In this document: positions 1-8,174 of the stretch, one piece after another
Layout: each line of letters opens with the position of its first letter
Numbering within the stretch: the stretch's first letter is position 1
Assembly (NCBI GenBank): GCA_043732485.1
Contig: JAYTHP010000040.1
Location: forward strand, 1 to 17,955
DNA: 17,955 bases
Reading direction: 5' to 3'
From: Oligoflexia bacterium
GTDB taxonomy: Bacteria > Bdellovibrionota > UBA1018
Position numbers and translations under genes: made by a program
The notes under the pieces: model-generated
The model's database searches: none
Seen by the model: the letters and a program-made list of their open reading frames with translations, nothing else
What the model was told of the DNA's origin: nothing

Positions 1-46
1 GGTTGAGGTCATCAACCGTCCCAAAGCAAAAAAAAGGTGCAACTAG
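1..46 (+). CDS. Possible 3' end of an upstream gene (..VEVINRPKAKKRCN*), product unknown
   Basis: Frame 2 is open from the window edge to TAG at 44-46; too short to identify. Confidence 0.25.
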   Translation, partial: VEVINRPKAKKRCN

Positions 47-157
47 CCCAGCCAAACAGCCAAAAAAAAAGGGGTGGAGCCACCCCAGGACTAACTAAGG
101 AGAAGAAAAGTAGGTGCGTGCGCCTCCGCAACGACGCACAACCTTACTCATACAATC

Positions 158-1669
158 ATGGAAAACGAAACGCAAAAGGCCGGAGCTGAGGTGAGAGTGG
201 AAGACACGCAGGCGCAAAGTGAGGCGGGAGCAAAAAGTAACTCGCTCCCGCCTCACGCCGTGAAGGAGGGGCCGCCTAAGGAGTCCCTTAAAGCCCTCAT
301 TGAGCTCAAAAACGTCTCTAAAGTCTATCGCCTGGAGTCGGGAACCGATTTGAAGGTCCTGCAAGGGGTGGATTTAATGGTTGAGGAAGAAGAAGTGGTG
401 GCGCTTTTAGGGCCTTCGGGTTCAGGCAAGTCCACTTGTTTGCGCATCATGAGTGGTTTGATTCAAGCCACGACCGGCAGCGTGCTTGCGCGGCAAAAAC
501 CGCTGGTGGGGATTAATCACGAGGTGGCGCTGGTGTTTCAATCGTTTGCGCTTTTTCCCTGGGAAACGGTCTATCAAAACATCGCTTTGGCGCTGGCCCC
601 CCTCCAGTTGCCCCGCGAGCAGGTGCGAGCCAAGATTAAAACCGCAATCGACCTGGTGGGTTTAGAGGGATTTGAGGAGGCTTACCCGCGCGAACTCTCA
701 GGCGGCATGAAGCAACGAGTCGGCATTGCCAGAGCGCTGGTGATGGAGCGGCCGATGATTTTCCTGGACGAACCGTTTAGCGCGTTAGATGTCTTAACGG
801 CGGATACCTTACGCTCGGAAATGGTCAAGCTGTTTATGAACCGCAAAACTGCCACCCGCTCGATGGTCTTAGTCACTCACAATATCCAAGAAGCGGTGTT
901 CATGGCGAAACGCATCCTTTTGATGGGGATTCATCCAGGACACATTCGCCGAGAGATTTATAACGATTTGGCCTACCCGCGTGATGAACAATCGCCGGCT
1001 TTTCGTAAAATGGTCTCAAAAATTCATGCCCTGATTACCGAAACCCTGATGCCCGATCACCCGCAAACCTCAACTTCTTTTTCACTGGCAGTCGGGGGAG
1101 GAGGAGCCTCAGCCTCAGCAGGAGCTGGAGGAGCAGGAGGATTAGACGGCACGGTTCCGAAATTGCCCACCAAGGAAGCGCCGATTGAGACCCTGCCTAA
1201 TGTGCAAATGATTGAAATGATTGGATTATTAGAAGCCATCGCTGATCAAGGTGGGGCTGCTGATATCTTTGAGTTAGCGCATGGCACGGGGAAGGATTTT
1301 GGTCGTACCTTGTACCTGGCTAAGGCTGCTGAGCTGTTGGATTTGGTGGATACCCCGAAGCAAAATGTGGTGTTAACTGACATTGGCAGGCACTTTGTGG
1401 CAGGCGACATTAACGTGCGCAAACGCATGTTGCATGAGCTGTTTGCTTGTTTACGGATTGTCCAAATGACGGCCAACTTACTGCGACGCGACGAGACCTT
1501 GCGGTTACCCATTGAGGAGTTGGTTGACCGGGTGGGCGAGTGGTTACCCAATGAGAATCCCCATTCGATTGTCGATGCCCTGGTCTCGTGGGGTCGATTT
1601 GCTGAGTATTTTGGTTACAACGACGACACCAAGGAAGTGTATCTGGATATCGGTCAGGAAATTGCCTAA
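158..1669 (+). CDS. NitT/TauT-family (nitrate/sulfonate/bicarbonate) ABC transporter ATP-binding protein with C-terminal AAA-associated domain
   Basis: Walker A GPSGSGKS, Q-loop VFQSFALFPW, signature LSGGMKQRVGIARAL, Walker B IFLDEPFSALD, H-loop VTHNIQEAV. The C-terminal extension ending VSWGRFAEYFGYNDD is typical of the AAA-associated subfamily. Confidence 0.9.
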   Translation: MENETQKAGAEVRVEDTQAQSEAGAKSNSLPPHAVKEGPPKESLKALIELKNVSKVYRLESGTDLKVLQGVDLMVEEEEVVALLGPSGSGKSTCLRIMSGLIQATTGSVLARQKPLVGINHEVALVFQSFALFPWETVYQNIALALAPLQLPREQVRAKIKTAIDLVGLEGFEEAYPRELSGGMKQRVGIARALVMERPMIFLDEPFSALDVLTADTLRSEMVKLFMNRKTATRSMVLVTHNIQEAVFMAKRILLMGIHPGHIRREIYNDLAYPRDEQSPAFRKMVSKIHALITETLMPDHPQTSTSFSLAVGGGGASASAGAGGAGGLDGTVPKLPTKEAPIETLPNVQMIEMIGLLEAIADQGGAADIFELAHGTGKDFGRTLYLAKAAELLDLVDTPKQNVVLTDIGRHFVAGDINVRKRMLHELFACLRIVQMTANLLRRDETLRLPIEELVDRVGEWLPNENPHSIVDALVSWGRFAEYFGYNDDTKEVYLDIGQEIA

Positions 1670-1723
1670 GTCAGCCGGGGGCCGCTTGCGGAGGCTGGAG
1701 CACTGGGTGGGTGAGGGTGGAGT

Positions 1724-2212
1724 GTGACGAAAAACTATATCACCGCCGCAGGCTTTCAGAAGATGAAAGCAGAGCTAAAAAAGCTGATTCACCACGATCG
1801 CCCCGAGGGGGTGAAGGTGGTGGCGTGGGCGGCCTCCAACGGCGATCGCTCAGAAAATGGCGATTATCTCTATGGCAAAAAAAAGCTGCGGGAGATGGAC
1901 CGTAGGATTCGCTTCCTCACCGGACGCTTAGAAAGCGCCGAAGTGGTTGAACCACAGCCGGGCGTGGGGCTGCGGGTCTTGTTTGGCATGCAAGTCCAAG
2001 TCGCTGTGCTAGACGATGTCGGCGACAATCAGGTTAAGCAGTATTGGATTGTCGGGCAAGACGAGGCCGATGCGGCAACCGGTGCCGTCAGTTGGCGCTC
2101 GCCGGTTGCCGCCGCGTTACTCAACCGTTTAGTGGGAGAGGAGGTCACGGTGCAAACGCCTGGTGGCCAAGTGGAGCTGAAAATCCTCGGCGTGAGTTAT
2201 CCGCAGAACTGA
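1724..2212 (+). CDS. greB: Transcription elongation factor GreB
   Basis: NYITxxG..WAASNGDRSENGDYLYGKKKLREMDRRIRFL and VSWRSPVAAALL motifs; GTG start with GAGGG upstream. Confidence 0.95.
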   Translation: MTKNYITAAGFQKMKAELKKLIHHDRPEGVKVVAWAASNGDRSENGDYLYGKKKLREMDRRIRFLTGRLESAEVVEPQPGVGLRVLFGMQVQVAVLDDVGDNQVKQYWIVGQDEADAATGAVSWRSPVAAALLNRLVGEEVTVQTPGGQVELKILGVSYPQN

Positions 2213-2256
2213 GGCCTGAAGGGGGAAGGGGGCGAGTACTTGCTGGTCGGGGGGAG

Positions 2257-2280
2257 AAAAAACCGCTAGAGCGATTTTTT
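2257..2280 (+). terminator. Possible weak intrinsic terminator after greB
   Basis: AAAAAAC-CGC-TAGA-GCG-ATTTTTT: short GC stem flanked by A and T runs. Confidence 0.3.
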
Positions 2281-2397
2281 AGTGAAAACTGAGTAAACAC
2301 TCGAAAAACAATCAGGAAAAACCCTAAAAAGAGGGTGAGCTAAGTCCCGGAACTGGGGTTTCGGTTGGGGAGCAGGGGGGGCTTGGTGTGAAAAACC

Positions 2398-2426
2398 TTG
2401 CAAAAAGTCTAAAATCGGCGTGAAAT
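2398..2426 (+). promoter_or_regulatory. Candidate sigma70 promoter upstream of hemH
   Basis: TTGCAA (2398-2403), 17-nt spacer, TGAAAT (2421-2426); imperfect -10. Confidence 0.3.
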
Positions 2427-2492
2427 GAGGTCTCAACAACCTTTTGATTCACTTCAAGCTCCAATCTTATAGCCTGGGAGGGCACCCTCTTT

Positions 2493-3566
2493 ATGAAAGC
2501 TGTCGTCTTGATGAATTTAGGAACGCCTGACGATCCTCAGCCCCCTGCGGTGCGCCGGTATCTCAAAGAGTTTTTGATGGATCCTTACGTAATTGATCTG
2601 CCTTTTCTCTTACGTTGGCTCTTAGTCTACGGCGTGGTCTTACCGCGCAGGCCTTATGCTTCTTCCAAGGCCTACCAAGCAATCTGGAGCGAGCAAGGAT
2701 CACCGCTTTTAGTGCATCATCAGGCTTTAGCGCGCGAGGTGCAAGCAGAGCTGGGGTCTGAGTGGGTGGTAGTGGCTGGGATGCGCTATGGGCAGCCGTC
2801 GCTTGAGCAAGCCTTTGAAAAGTTAACTGTTTTTGCGCAAAGTCAGCAAGCTCAAGACCGGGCGCCTCTTCGCGAGTTAGTCTTGGTGCCGCTGTACCCG
2901 CAGTATTCGTTAGCGGCCACTGAGTCGTCGATCCAAAAAGCCAGGGAGCAGGCGTTGCAGCACTTCCCAGGGCTGCCGTGCCGGGTGATTGAATCGTTTT
3001 ATGATTTTCAGCCGATGATTCAGGCCTATGCCAGTTTGTTTCGGGAACAGGTCAAGGATTGGAAGTATGATCACGTCTTGTTCAGTTTTCACGGGTTGCC
3101 TGAGCGCCATTTGAAAAAACTGAAGACTCCAGGGCAGGTGTGCTTACGGCAAGCCGATTGCTGTGAGGTGATCTCAAGTTGTAACGCCCAGTGTTACCGG
3201 GCGCAATGCCAGGTGACTGCCCGCTTACTGGCGGCGGCATTAGGCTTGGCAGCGGGGACTTGGGACCTTTGCTTTCAATCCAGGCTGGCAGGCGCCCCTT
3301 GGATCAAGCCGTTTACCGATAGCTTTTACCGCGAGCTCCCGAAAAAAGGGGTGAAACGGCTGGCGGTGATGTGTCCGGCTTTTGTGGCTGATTGCTTAGA
3401 GACCTTAGAAGAGGTGGCGATGCGGGGTAAAGAAGAGTTTATCGAACACGGGGGCGAGGATTTAAAGCTGATTACCTCACTGAATTCCCATCCCGCTTGG
3501 GTGAAAGCCGTGACGCAGATGACCCAGCATCCAGAGTGGGTTCATCTGCAGGCAGCCACATTTTAG
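2493..3566 (+). CDS. hemH: Protoporphyrin ferrochelatase, predicted [2Fe-2S]-containing type
   Basis: LMNLGTPD, GSPL, MRYGQPS, PLYPQYS, FSFHGLP, FQSR, FVADCLETLEE motifs; internal C-X5-CC-X9-C. Confidence 0.97.
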   Translation: MKAVVLMNLGTPDDPQPPAVRRYLKEFLMDPYVIDLPFLLRWLLVYGVVLPRRPYASSKAYQAIWSEQGSPLLVHHQALAREVQAELGSEWVVVAGMRYGQPSLEQAFEKLTVFAQSQQAQDRAPLRELVLVPLYPQYSLAATESSIQKAREQALQHFPGLPCRVIESFYDFQPMIQAYASLFREQVKDWKYDHVLFSFHGLPERHLKKLKTPGQVCLRQADCCEVISSCNAQCYRAQCQVTARLLAAALGLAAGTWDLCFQSRLAGAPWIKPFTDSFYRELPKKGVKRLAVMCPAFVADCLETLEEVAMRGKEEFIEHGGEDLKLITSLNSHPAWVKAVTQMTQHPEWVHLQAATF

Positions 3567-3617
3567 TTGACGGAGCGATGGAGAGTTGCTAATGAGTCAG
3601 AAAAAGGAAATGAAATA

Positions 3618-3890
3618 ATGCCAGTTACCGTACGTTTACACCGCCAAGGTGCTAAAAAGAACCCCCAATTCTTGATCGTTGCAGTTGACGCTGCCAAGAA
3701 GAGAGATGGCGCTTATCTTGAAAATTTAGGCCATTATTATCCGAAAGTCAAAAATCCACTGGAAAAGATCAAGGCCAATTTGCCTGCGATTCTGGCTTGG
3801 AAGGCCAAGGGTGCTCAGTTCTCTCAGACGGCAGAGCAGTTGCTAAAGTTGTTGCAAAAGCAAACTAGCACGCCTGTGGCTGCTAGCTAA
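3618..3890 (+). CDS. rpsP: 30S ribosomal protein S16 (start revised to ATG 3618)
   Basis: MPVTVRLHRQGAKKNPQFLIVAVDAAKKRDGAYLENLGHYYP..W..KGAQFS; AAGGA upstream of 3618. Confidence 0.95.
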   Translation: MPVTVRLHRQGAKKNPQFLIVAVDAAKKRDGAYLENLGHYYPKVKNPLEKIKANLPAILAWKAKGAQFSQTAEQLLKLLQKQTSTPVAAS

Positions 3891-4087
3891 GCGAAAGCGA
3901 CCCGTTTTCAGTAGGCTTGAAGAACTGGGAAAAAACCTGATCCGGCTTAAGGTTTAAAAAAACTAGCTAACCGAAAGCCGACGAAGTTTAAGCTTCAATT
4001 GAATCTTTAATGAGAGTTTTTGGTTAAAGTCAGAAGCTCTTGTTCACTGAAAGAAGGAATCTCAGTTTGACTTCATCTGATCATCCG

Positions 4088-4423
4088 ATGGCACAGCCCT
4101 TAGACGTTTCTTCTCCCCTACCCCCGAAATTAAAAAATATCGCTAAAGGTGCTGAAGCCGAGGTTTTAGCCGAGATGATTGGCTACCTGGCTGCTATGTT
4201 GGTGGATTATCCAGAGAACGTGAAAGTCACCGTGGTGTTGGGTGAAGAAACCACGGTTTTGGAGTTGCACGTCGGGAAGGTGGATTTTGGTAAAGTGATT
4301 GGCAAGCACGGACGCACGGCGCAATCGCTGCGGACGTTGTTGAATGCGGCTGCGACCAAGCTGGGCAAGAGAGTGGTTTTAGACATCATTGAGCCTAACC
4401 CTGCGCCGCAACCGGTCCGCTAA
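4088..4423 (+). CDS. khpA: KH-domain RNA-binding protein KhpA (YlqC/UPF0109); start uncertain
   Basis: LVDYPENVKV..LELHVGKVDFGKVIGKHGRTAQSLRTLL (GxxG loop); canonical position after rpsP. Confidence 0.92.
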   Translation: MAQPLDVSSPLPPKLKNIAKGAEAEVLAEMIGYLAAMLVDYPENVKVTVVLGEETTVLELHVGKVDFGKVIGKHGRTAQSLRTLLNAAATKLGKRVVLDIIEPNPAPQPVR

Positions 4424-4556
4424 GTCCCACAGGTAAACCTCTGTCCCGGCTTTGCTCGCACTAACTTGTAGGGGCGCTTTTTTCCGGCAAGCGTTGCGGT
4501 CGCCAGAGGGCGCTGACAGTGGGCAATGACGCTTTAAAAAAAGTGGGGTCCTTTGC

Positions 4557-5282
4557 ATGTCTGATTCCCCTCCTGTTCTAACTTTCCATTTCATTTCACT
4601 TTTTCCCGAGGTTTTGCGGACGTTTATGCTGGCAGGCCTGATGGGGCGCGCCGTCAAGAAGGGAAAAATAGCGTTTCAGTGCATTCAGTTACGGGATTTT
4701 TCCCTGCCGCCGCACCATGCGGTCGATGATCGGCCCTTTGGGGGTGGGGAGGGGATGATTTTACGCGCGGATGTGCTGTTACGGGCTTGGCAAGCGGTAC
4801 AAGCGGGGCTGGCGGGGCAAAAAGCCCGGACGTTGCTGTTATCACCGCAAGGCCGGGTATGGAATCAGGCCGGGGCGAAGCAGGTTTTGCAGAGTGCTCA
4901 CCTTGTTTTGATTTGTGGTCATTACGAAGGGGTGGATCAGCGCTTTATCGATCAGTGTGTCGATGGGGAGATCTCGATTGGTAATTACGTCGTGAGCGGT
5001 GGCGAGTTGCCAGCGCTGGTGGTGGCCGACACTTTGACGCGGTTAATTCCCGGGGTGGTGGGCAATCCTCGCTCGGTGACGGAGGAGACCTTTGAAAAGG
5101 AAGGTTTGCTCAAGTACCCGCAGTATACAAGGCCTGTGGAGTTTCAAGGGCAACGGGTCCCTGAGGTGTTACAAAACGGCGATCATGGGAAAATTGCGCT
5201 TTGGCGAGAGCAGCAGCGCTGGGAGCGCACCCGCTTGCTGCGGCCTGACTTGTTGCCTCAGGGGATCAGGAGAGAAAGCTAA
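4557..5282 (+). CDS. trmD: tRNA (guanine37-N1)-methyltransferase
   Basis: SLFPE, VDDRPFGGGEGM, LSPQG, ICGHYEGVDQR, SIGNYVVSGGELPA, YPQYTRP, VPEVLQNGDH motifs. Confidence 0.98.
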   Translation: MSDSPPVLTFHFISLFPEVLRTFMLAGLMGRAVKKGKIAFQCIQLRDFSLPPHHAVDDRPFGGGEGMILRADVLLRAWQAVQAGLAGQKARTLLLSPQGRVWNQAGAKQVLQSAHLVLICGHYEGVDQRFIDQCVDGEISIGNYVVSGGELPALVVADTLTRLIPGVVGNPRSVTEETFEKEGLLKYPQYTRPVEFQGQRVPEVLQNGDHGKIALWREQQRWERTRLLRPDLLPQGIRRES

Positions 5283-5404
5283 GCAGCACAGTGTGGCAGT
5301 CTGCGGTCGGCAAGGCGCTTTTGAGGAGAGCGGTGAAGGCTTGCGCTTTTCGGTCGTAAAGGGTGTTGCTTTCACTCCTCACTGTTGTTAGTCTCGCGCT
5401 CGCT

Positions 5405-6007
5405 ATGACGTCTCCTGTTGACTTTCGCGTGAAATCTCCCGTTTACCTTGCCTTAATGCATACCGATGTGACCAATCGTCACGGCGCCAAGGTCACCACT
5501 TCGGTCACGAATATGGATATCCATGACATTTCCCGATCAGTGCGAACCTACGGTTTAGCCGGTTATTTTATTGTGACCCCGATTGTGGATCAGCACCAGT
5601 TGGTGGGAAAGATTTTAGCACACTGGCGAACCGAGCGCTCCCAGGCTTATCACCCGGACCGGGTGGAGGCGCTGAGCACGGTTGAGTTGTTCTATTCCTT
5701 TGCTGAGGTCAAGGCTGAGCTTTTGGCTAGGCATCAGCACTTGCCTGAAGTGGCGCTCACGGATGCCAGGAAAATTGCGGGGGGTGTGTCTTACGCGGAC
5801 TACCGTCAGCAGCTCGAGCAGCCGACCGTGCCTGGAAGACCAGTAGTCTTGGTGTTTGGGACAGGCTGGGGGATTGCGCCAGAGTTTCACGCTGAGGTGG
5901 ACCGGGTGCTGGTTCCGATTGAGGGTCCGAGTGCAAGCAAGGGTTACAACCACCTCTCGGTGCGTTCTGCTGTTGCCGTGATTCTGGATCGCCTTTTTGG
6001 CGGATGA
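5405..6007 (+). CDS. SPOUT-class SAM-dependent RNA methyltransferase of the trmD-linked (DUF2168/Methyltrn_RNA_4-like) family; start revised to ATG 5405
   Basis: YLALMH..TTSVTNMDIHDISRSVRTYG, VFGTGWG, YNHLSVRSAVAVILDRL; usual location directly after trmD. Confidence 0.88.
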   Translation: MTSPVDFRVKSPVYLALMHTDVTNRHGAKVTTSVTNMDIHDISRSVRTYGLAGYFIVTPIVDQHQLVGKILAHWRTERSQAYHPDRVEALSTVELFYSFAEVKAELLARHQHLPEVALTDARKIAGGVSYADYRQQLEQPTVPGRPVVLVFGTGWGIAPEFHAEVDRVLVPIEGPSASKGYNHLSVRSAVAVILDRLFGG

Positions 6008-6388
6008 AGGAGAAATCTCGCACTCAGGACTTGTGTGCGGGGTCAACTTCAGGTAAGTAAAAGGTTTGGAGTAGCGAGATCAAAAAAGCCTGAGCTTTTT
6101 ATCTTGTCTGATCTTACTAGAGAGTGGCCTTGAGGGTGATCTAGAGACAAGAGAGTGCTCACAAGAAGTGCTCGTTGGCCTAGGGAGAGAAATCTGTGTT
6201 TGCCGGAGAGAAAAAAATTGCCCAGCAGAGTAGACGATCGACCCAAGGGCTGTGAGCGTGTCGGTCAGGGAGCAAAAGAGAAAGTTAAGGCCTTAAGCCT
6301 AAGCCCCCTCTTTAGCCTGACCGTGTGAGACCTTCGATCCCTGAAAGAAAATAAGTCATCAATTACAAATGTTTGGAGTTAAAGAATC

Positions 6389-6865
6389 ATGGCAGCCACT
6401 AAATTAAAGCATCGTAAGACTAGCAAAGGCGTTTTCATTCCGCAAAAAGGATTATTAGACCGCATTGCGACTGTTGAAAAAAATCACTTGCGGACCGATT
6501 TCCCGGAGTTTCAGGCCGGCGATACGATCAAGGTCCATGCCCGTATTCAGGAAGGTGAAAAAGAGCGTATTCAAATTTTTGAAGGCATCGTGATTGCGCA
6601 GTCGAACCGTGGATCGGGGCGATCGTTCACTGTGCGCAAGATTTCCCACGGGGTAGGGGTGGAGAGGATCTTCTTGGAGTCCTCGCCTAAGATTGCAAAA
6701 ATTGAGAAGTCGCAAGACGGCAAAGTGCGGCGTGCCAAGCTGTATTACTTGCGTGGTCTAGAAGGCAAAGCCGCCAAAGTGAAGCGCGATATCGGAGCAG
6801 GTGGCGGTGTGGCGGCAAAAGCTGCAAAAGCTGCGAAGGTTGCCAAGACCGCAAGCGCCGTTTAG
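6389..6865 (+). CDS. rplS: 50S ribosomal protein L19 with N-terminal and Ala/Lys-rich C-terminal extensions
   Basis: [56 protein letters not shown] upstream. Confidence 0.98.
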   Translation: MAATKLKHRKTSKGVFIPQKGLLDRIATVEKNHLRTDFPEFQAGDTIKVHARIQEGEKERIQIFEGIVIAQSNRGSGRSFTVRKISHGVGVERIFLESSPKIAKIEKSQDGKVRRAKLYYLRGLEGKAAKVKRDIGAGGGVAAKAAKAAKVAKTASAV

Positions 6866-6901
6866 ATAAGCCATTCACGCAAAAAGTCAAAAAAAAAGAT
6901 C

Positions 6902-7675
6902 ATGATGAGAGTCAAAGCCCGCTCAATTTTTAAGGCTGCTAGCAAGGCTAAGGCGATGGCAGCGAGAAATTTGTCCCGTGCAACCCTTGAGATTGAGCAA
7001 CAGCATGGCTATCCGGAACGTCGCGTGGCTGGATGTGATGAAGTCGGGCGGGGTTGCTTAGCAGGTCCCGTGGTGGCAGCAATCGTCGTGCTTCCTGCGA
7101 TCTACGCTGGGCGTTCGTTTGAATCACCGAGTGCAATAGACCAGGCGTTATCAGGTGCCTCAGAGGACGATCTTACTGACGAGTTTGGTGGCTTAGCGTG
7201 GCTGACGCAGGTGCAAGACAGTAAGACGGTCTCTGAGAAGCGTCGTGAGAAGCTTGCGCCGCTGATTCAGCAGTGGGCGTTAGGCTGGGGGATTGGATCG
7301 GCATCGCCTCAGGAAATTGATCAACTGAACATAGCGCAAGCGACGCACTTAGCGATGCACCGAGCCTTTGAGGCTCTGGGGCTAGACTGCAGGCCTGAGC
7401 ATGTACTGGTGGATGGGAATCAGCTGCCGAAGCTCGCGTGGGGTGTGCCGCGCACGGCCGTCGTGCGGGGCGATCAGCGGTGCTTGAGTATTGCGGCAGC
7501 CTCGATTCTGGCAAAAGTCTTTCGCGATCACTGGATGGGCGAGTTGGCTGAGCAATTTCCGCTCTATGGATTTGCCAAGCACAAGGGCTATGCCACGCGA
7601 GCTCATGTCGAGGTGCTGCTGGCCCACGGCAGGAGTGATTTACATCGTCAGTCGTTTTCTTACCCGGGTGAGTAA
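6902..7675 (+). CDS. rnhB: Ribonuclease HII (start uncertain)
   Basis: GCDEVGRGCLAGPVVAA, DSK, EIDQLNI, VDGN, GD..CLSIAAASILAKVFRD, YGFAKHKGY, HRQSF. Confidence 0.97.
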   Translation: MMRVKARSIFKAASKAKAMAARNLSRATLEIEQQHGYPERRVAGCDEVGRGCLAGPVVAAIVVLPAIYAGRSFESPSAIDQALSGASEDDLTDEFGGLAWLTQVQDSKTVSEKRREKLAPLIQQWALGWGIGSASPQEIDQLNIAQATHLAMHRAFEALGLDCRPEHVLVDGNQLPKLAWGVPRTAVVRGDQRCLSIAAASILAKVFRDHWMGELAEQFPLYGFAKHKGYATRAHVEVLLAHGRSDLHRQSFSYPGE

Positions 7676-7776
7676 GGGTGCGGGTGCGGTGGCCGGTCGT
7701 CAGGCCATAGCCAGGGAGCTGCTTGTCGGGTAAAACGACTATAGCCGGCCCTAGTCAGTGACGGCCTGTCTGTGCG

Positions 7777-8136
7777 TTACTGATTAATGCGGTTCGGCTT
7801 AGAGTCTTCCGTCGTGTCGTAGAAATCAAACAAGTCATCGGTGTCAAAGACGCGAATCATCTTGCGAAACTCACTTTTGACGTTGTGATAGACCGGCCGA
7901 TGGCTCAGGCTTAGGTTAAACTCTTTTAGCGTCTGGATAAAAGAGGCAATGGCACTTGAGCCGACAAAGTCTAAATTTTTAAAATTGAAAATAATTTTCT
8001 TCGGGCTTTGTGAGGCGTTGCTTTTCGTCTTGATTTTCGAGAGATTTTCTCGCAAGGGTATGCACGTCTCATAATCAAGTCGTCCTTGCATGGAAATCAC
8101 AATAGAGTCTTCTTGTTCGTCGATTTCTGTTTTCAT
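7777..8136 (-). CDS. STAS-domain protein (anti-sigma-factor antagonist-like)
   Basis: IVISMQGRLDYE..KIIFNFKNLDFVGSSAIASF..FRKMIRV fits the SpoIIAA/RsbV STAS pattern; AAGGA upstream on the minus strand. Confidence 0.85.
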   Translation of the reverse strand: MKTEIDEQEDSIVISMQGRLDYETCIPLRENLSKIKTKSNASQSPKKIIFNFKNLDFVGSSAIASFIQTLKEFNLSLSHRPVYHNVKSEFRKMIRVFDTDDLFDFYDTTEDSKPNRINQ

Positions 8137-8174
8137 TGTAATCCTTCTCTCTTTTCTCTATTATCATCGATCTA

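Noticed and set aside
2213..2492. greB-hemH spacer as tRNA or known riboswitch
   Set aside because: Only short isolated hairpins separated by A runs; no cloverleaf or recognisable aptamer consensus.
6148..6173. GAGTGCTC/AAGTGCTC as a CIRCE element
   Set aside because: Direct rather than inverted arrangement; TTAGCACTC-N9-GAGTGCTAA is not present.
7491..7733. 80-aa ORF after rnhB as possible yraN
   Set aside because: Mostly overlaps rnhB and lacks the GE..A, EIDLI and FVEVK motifs.
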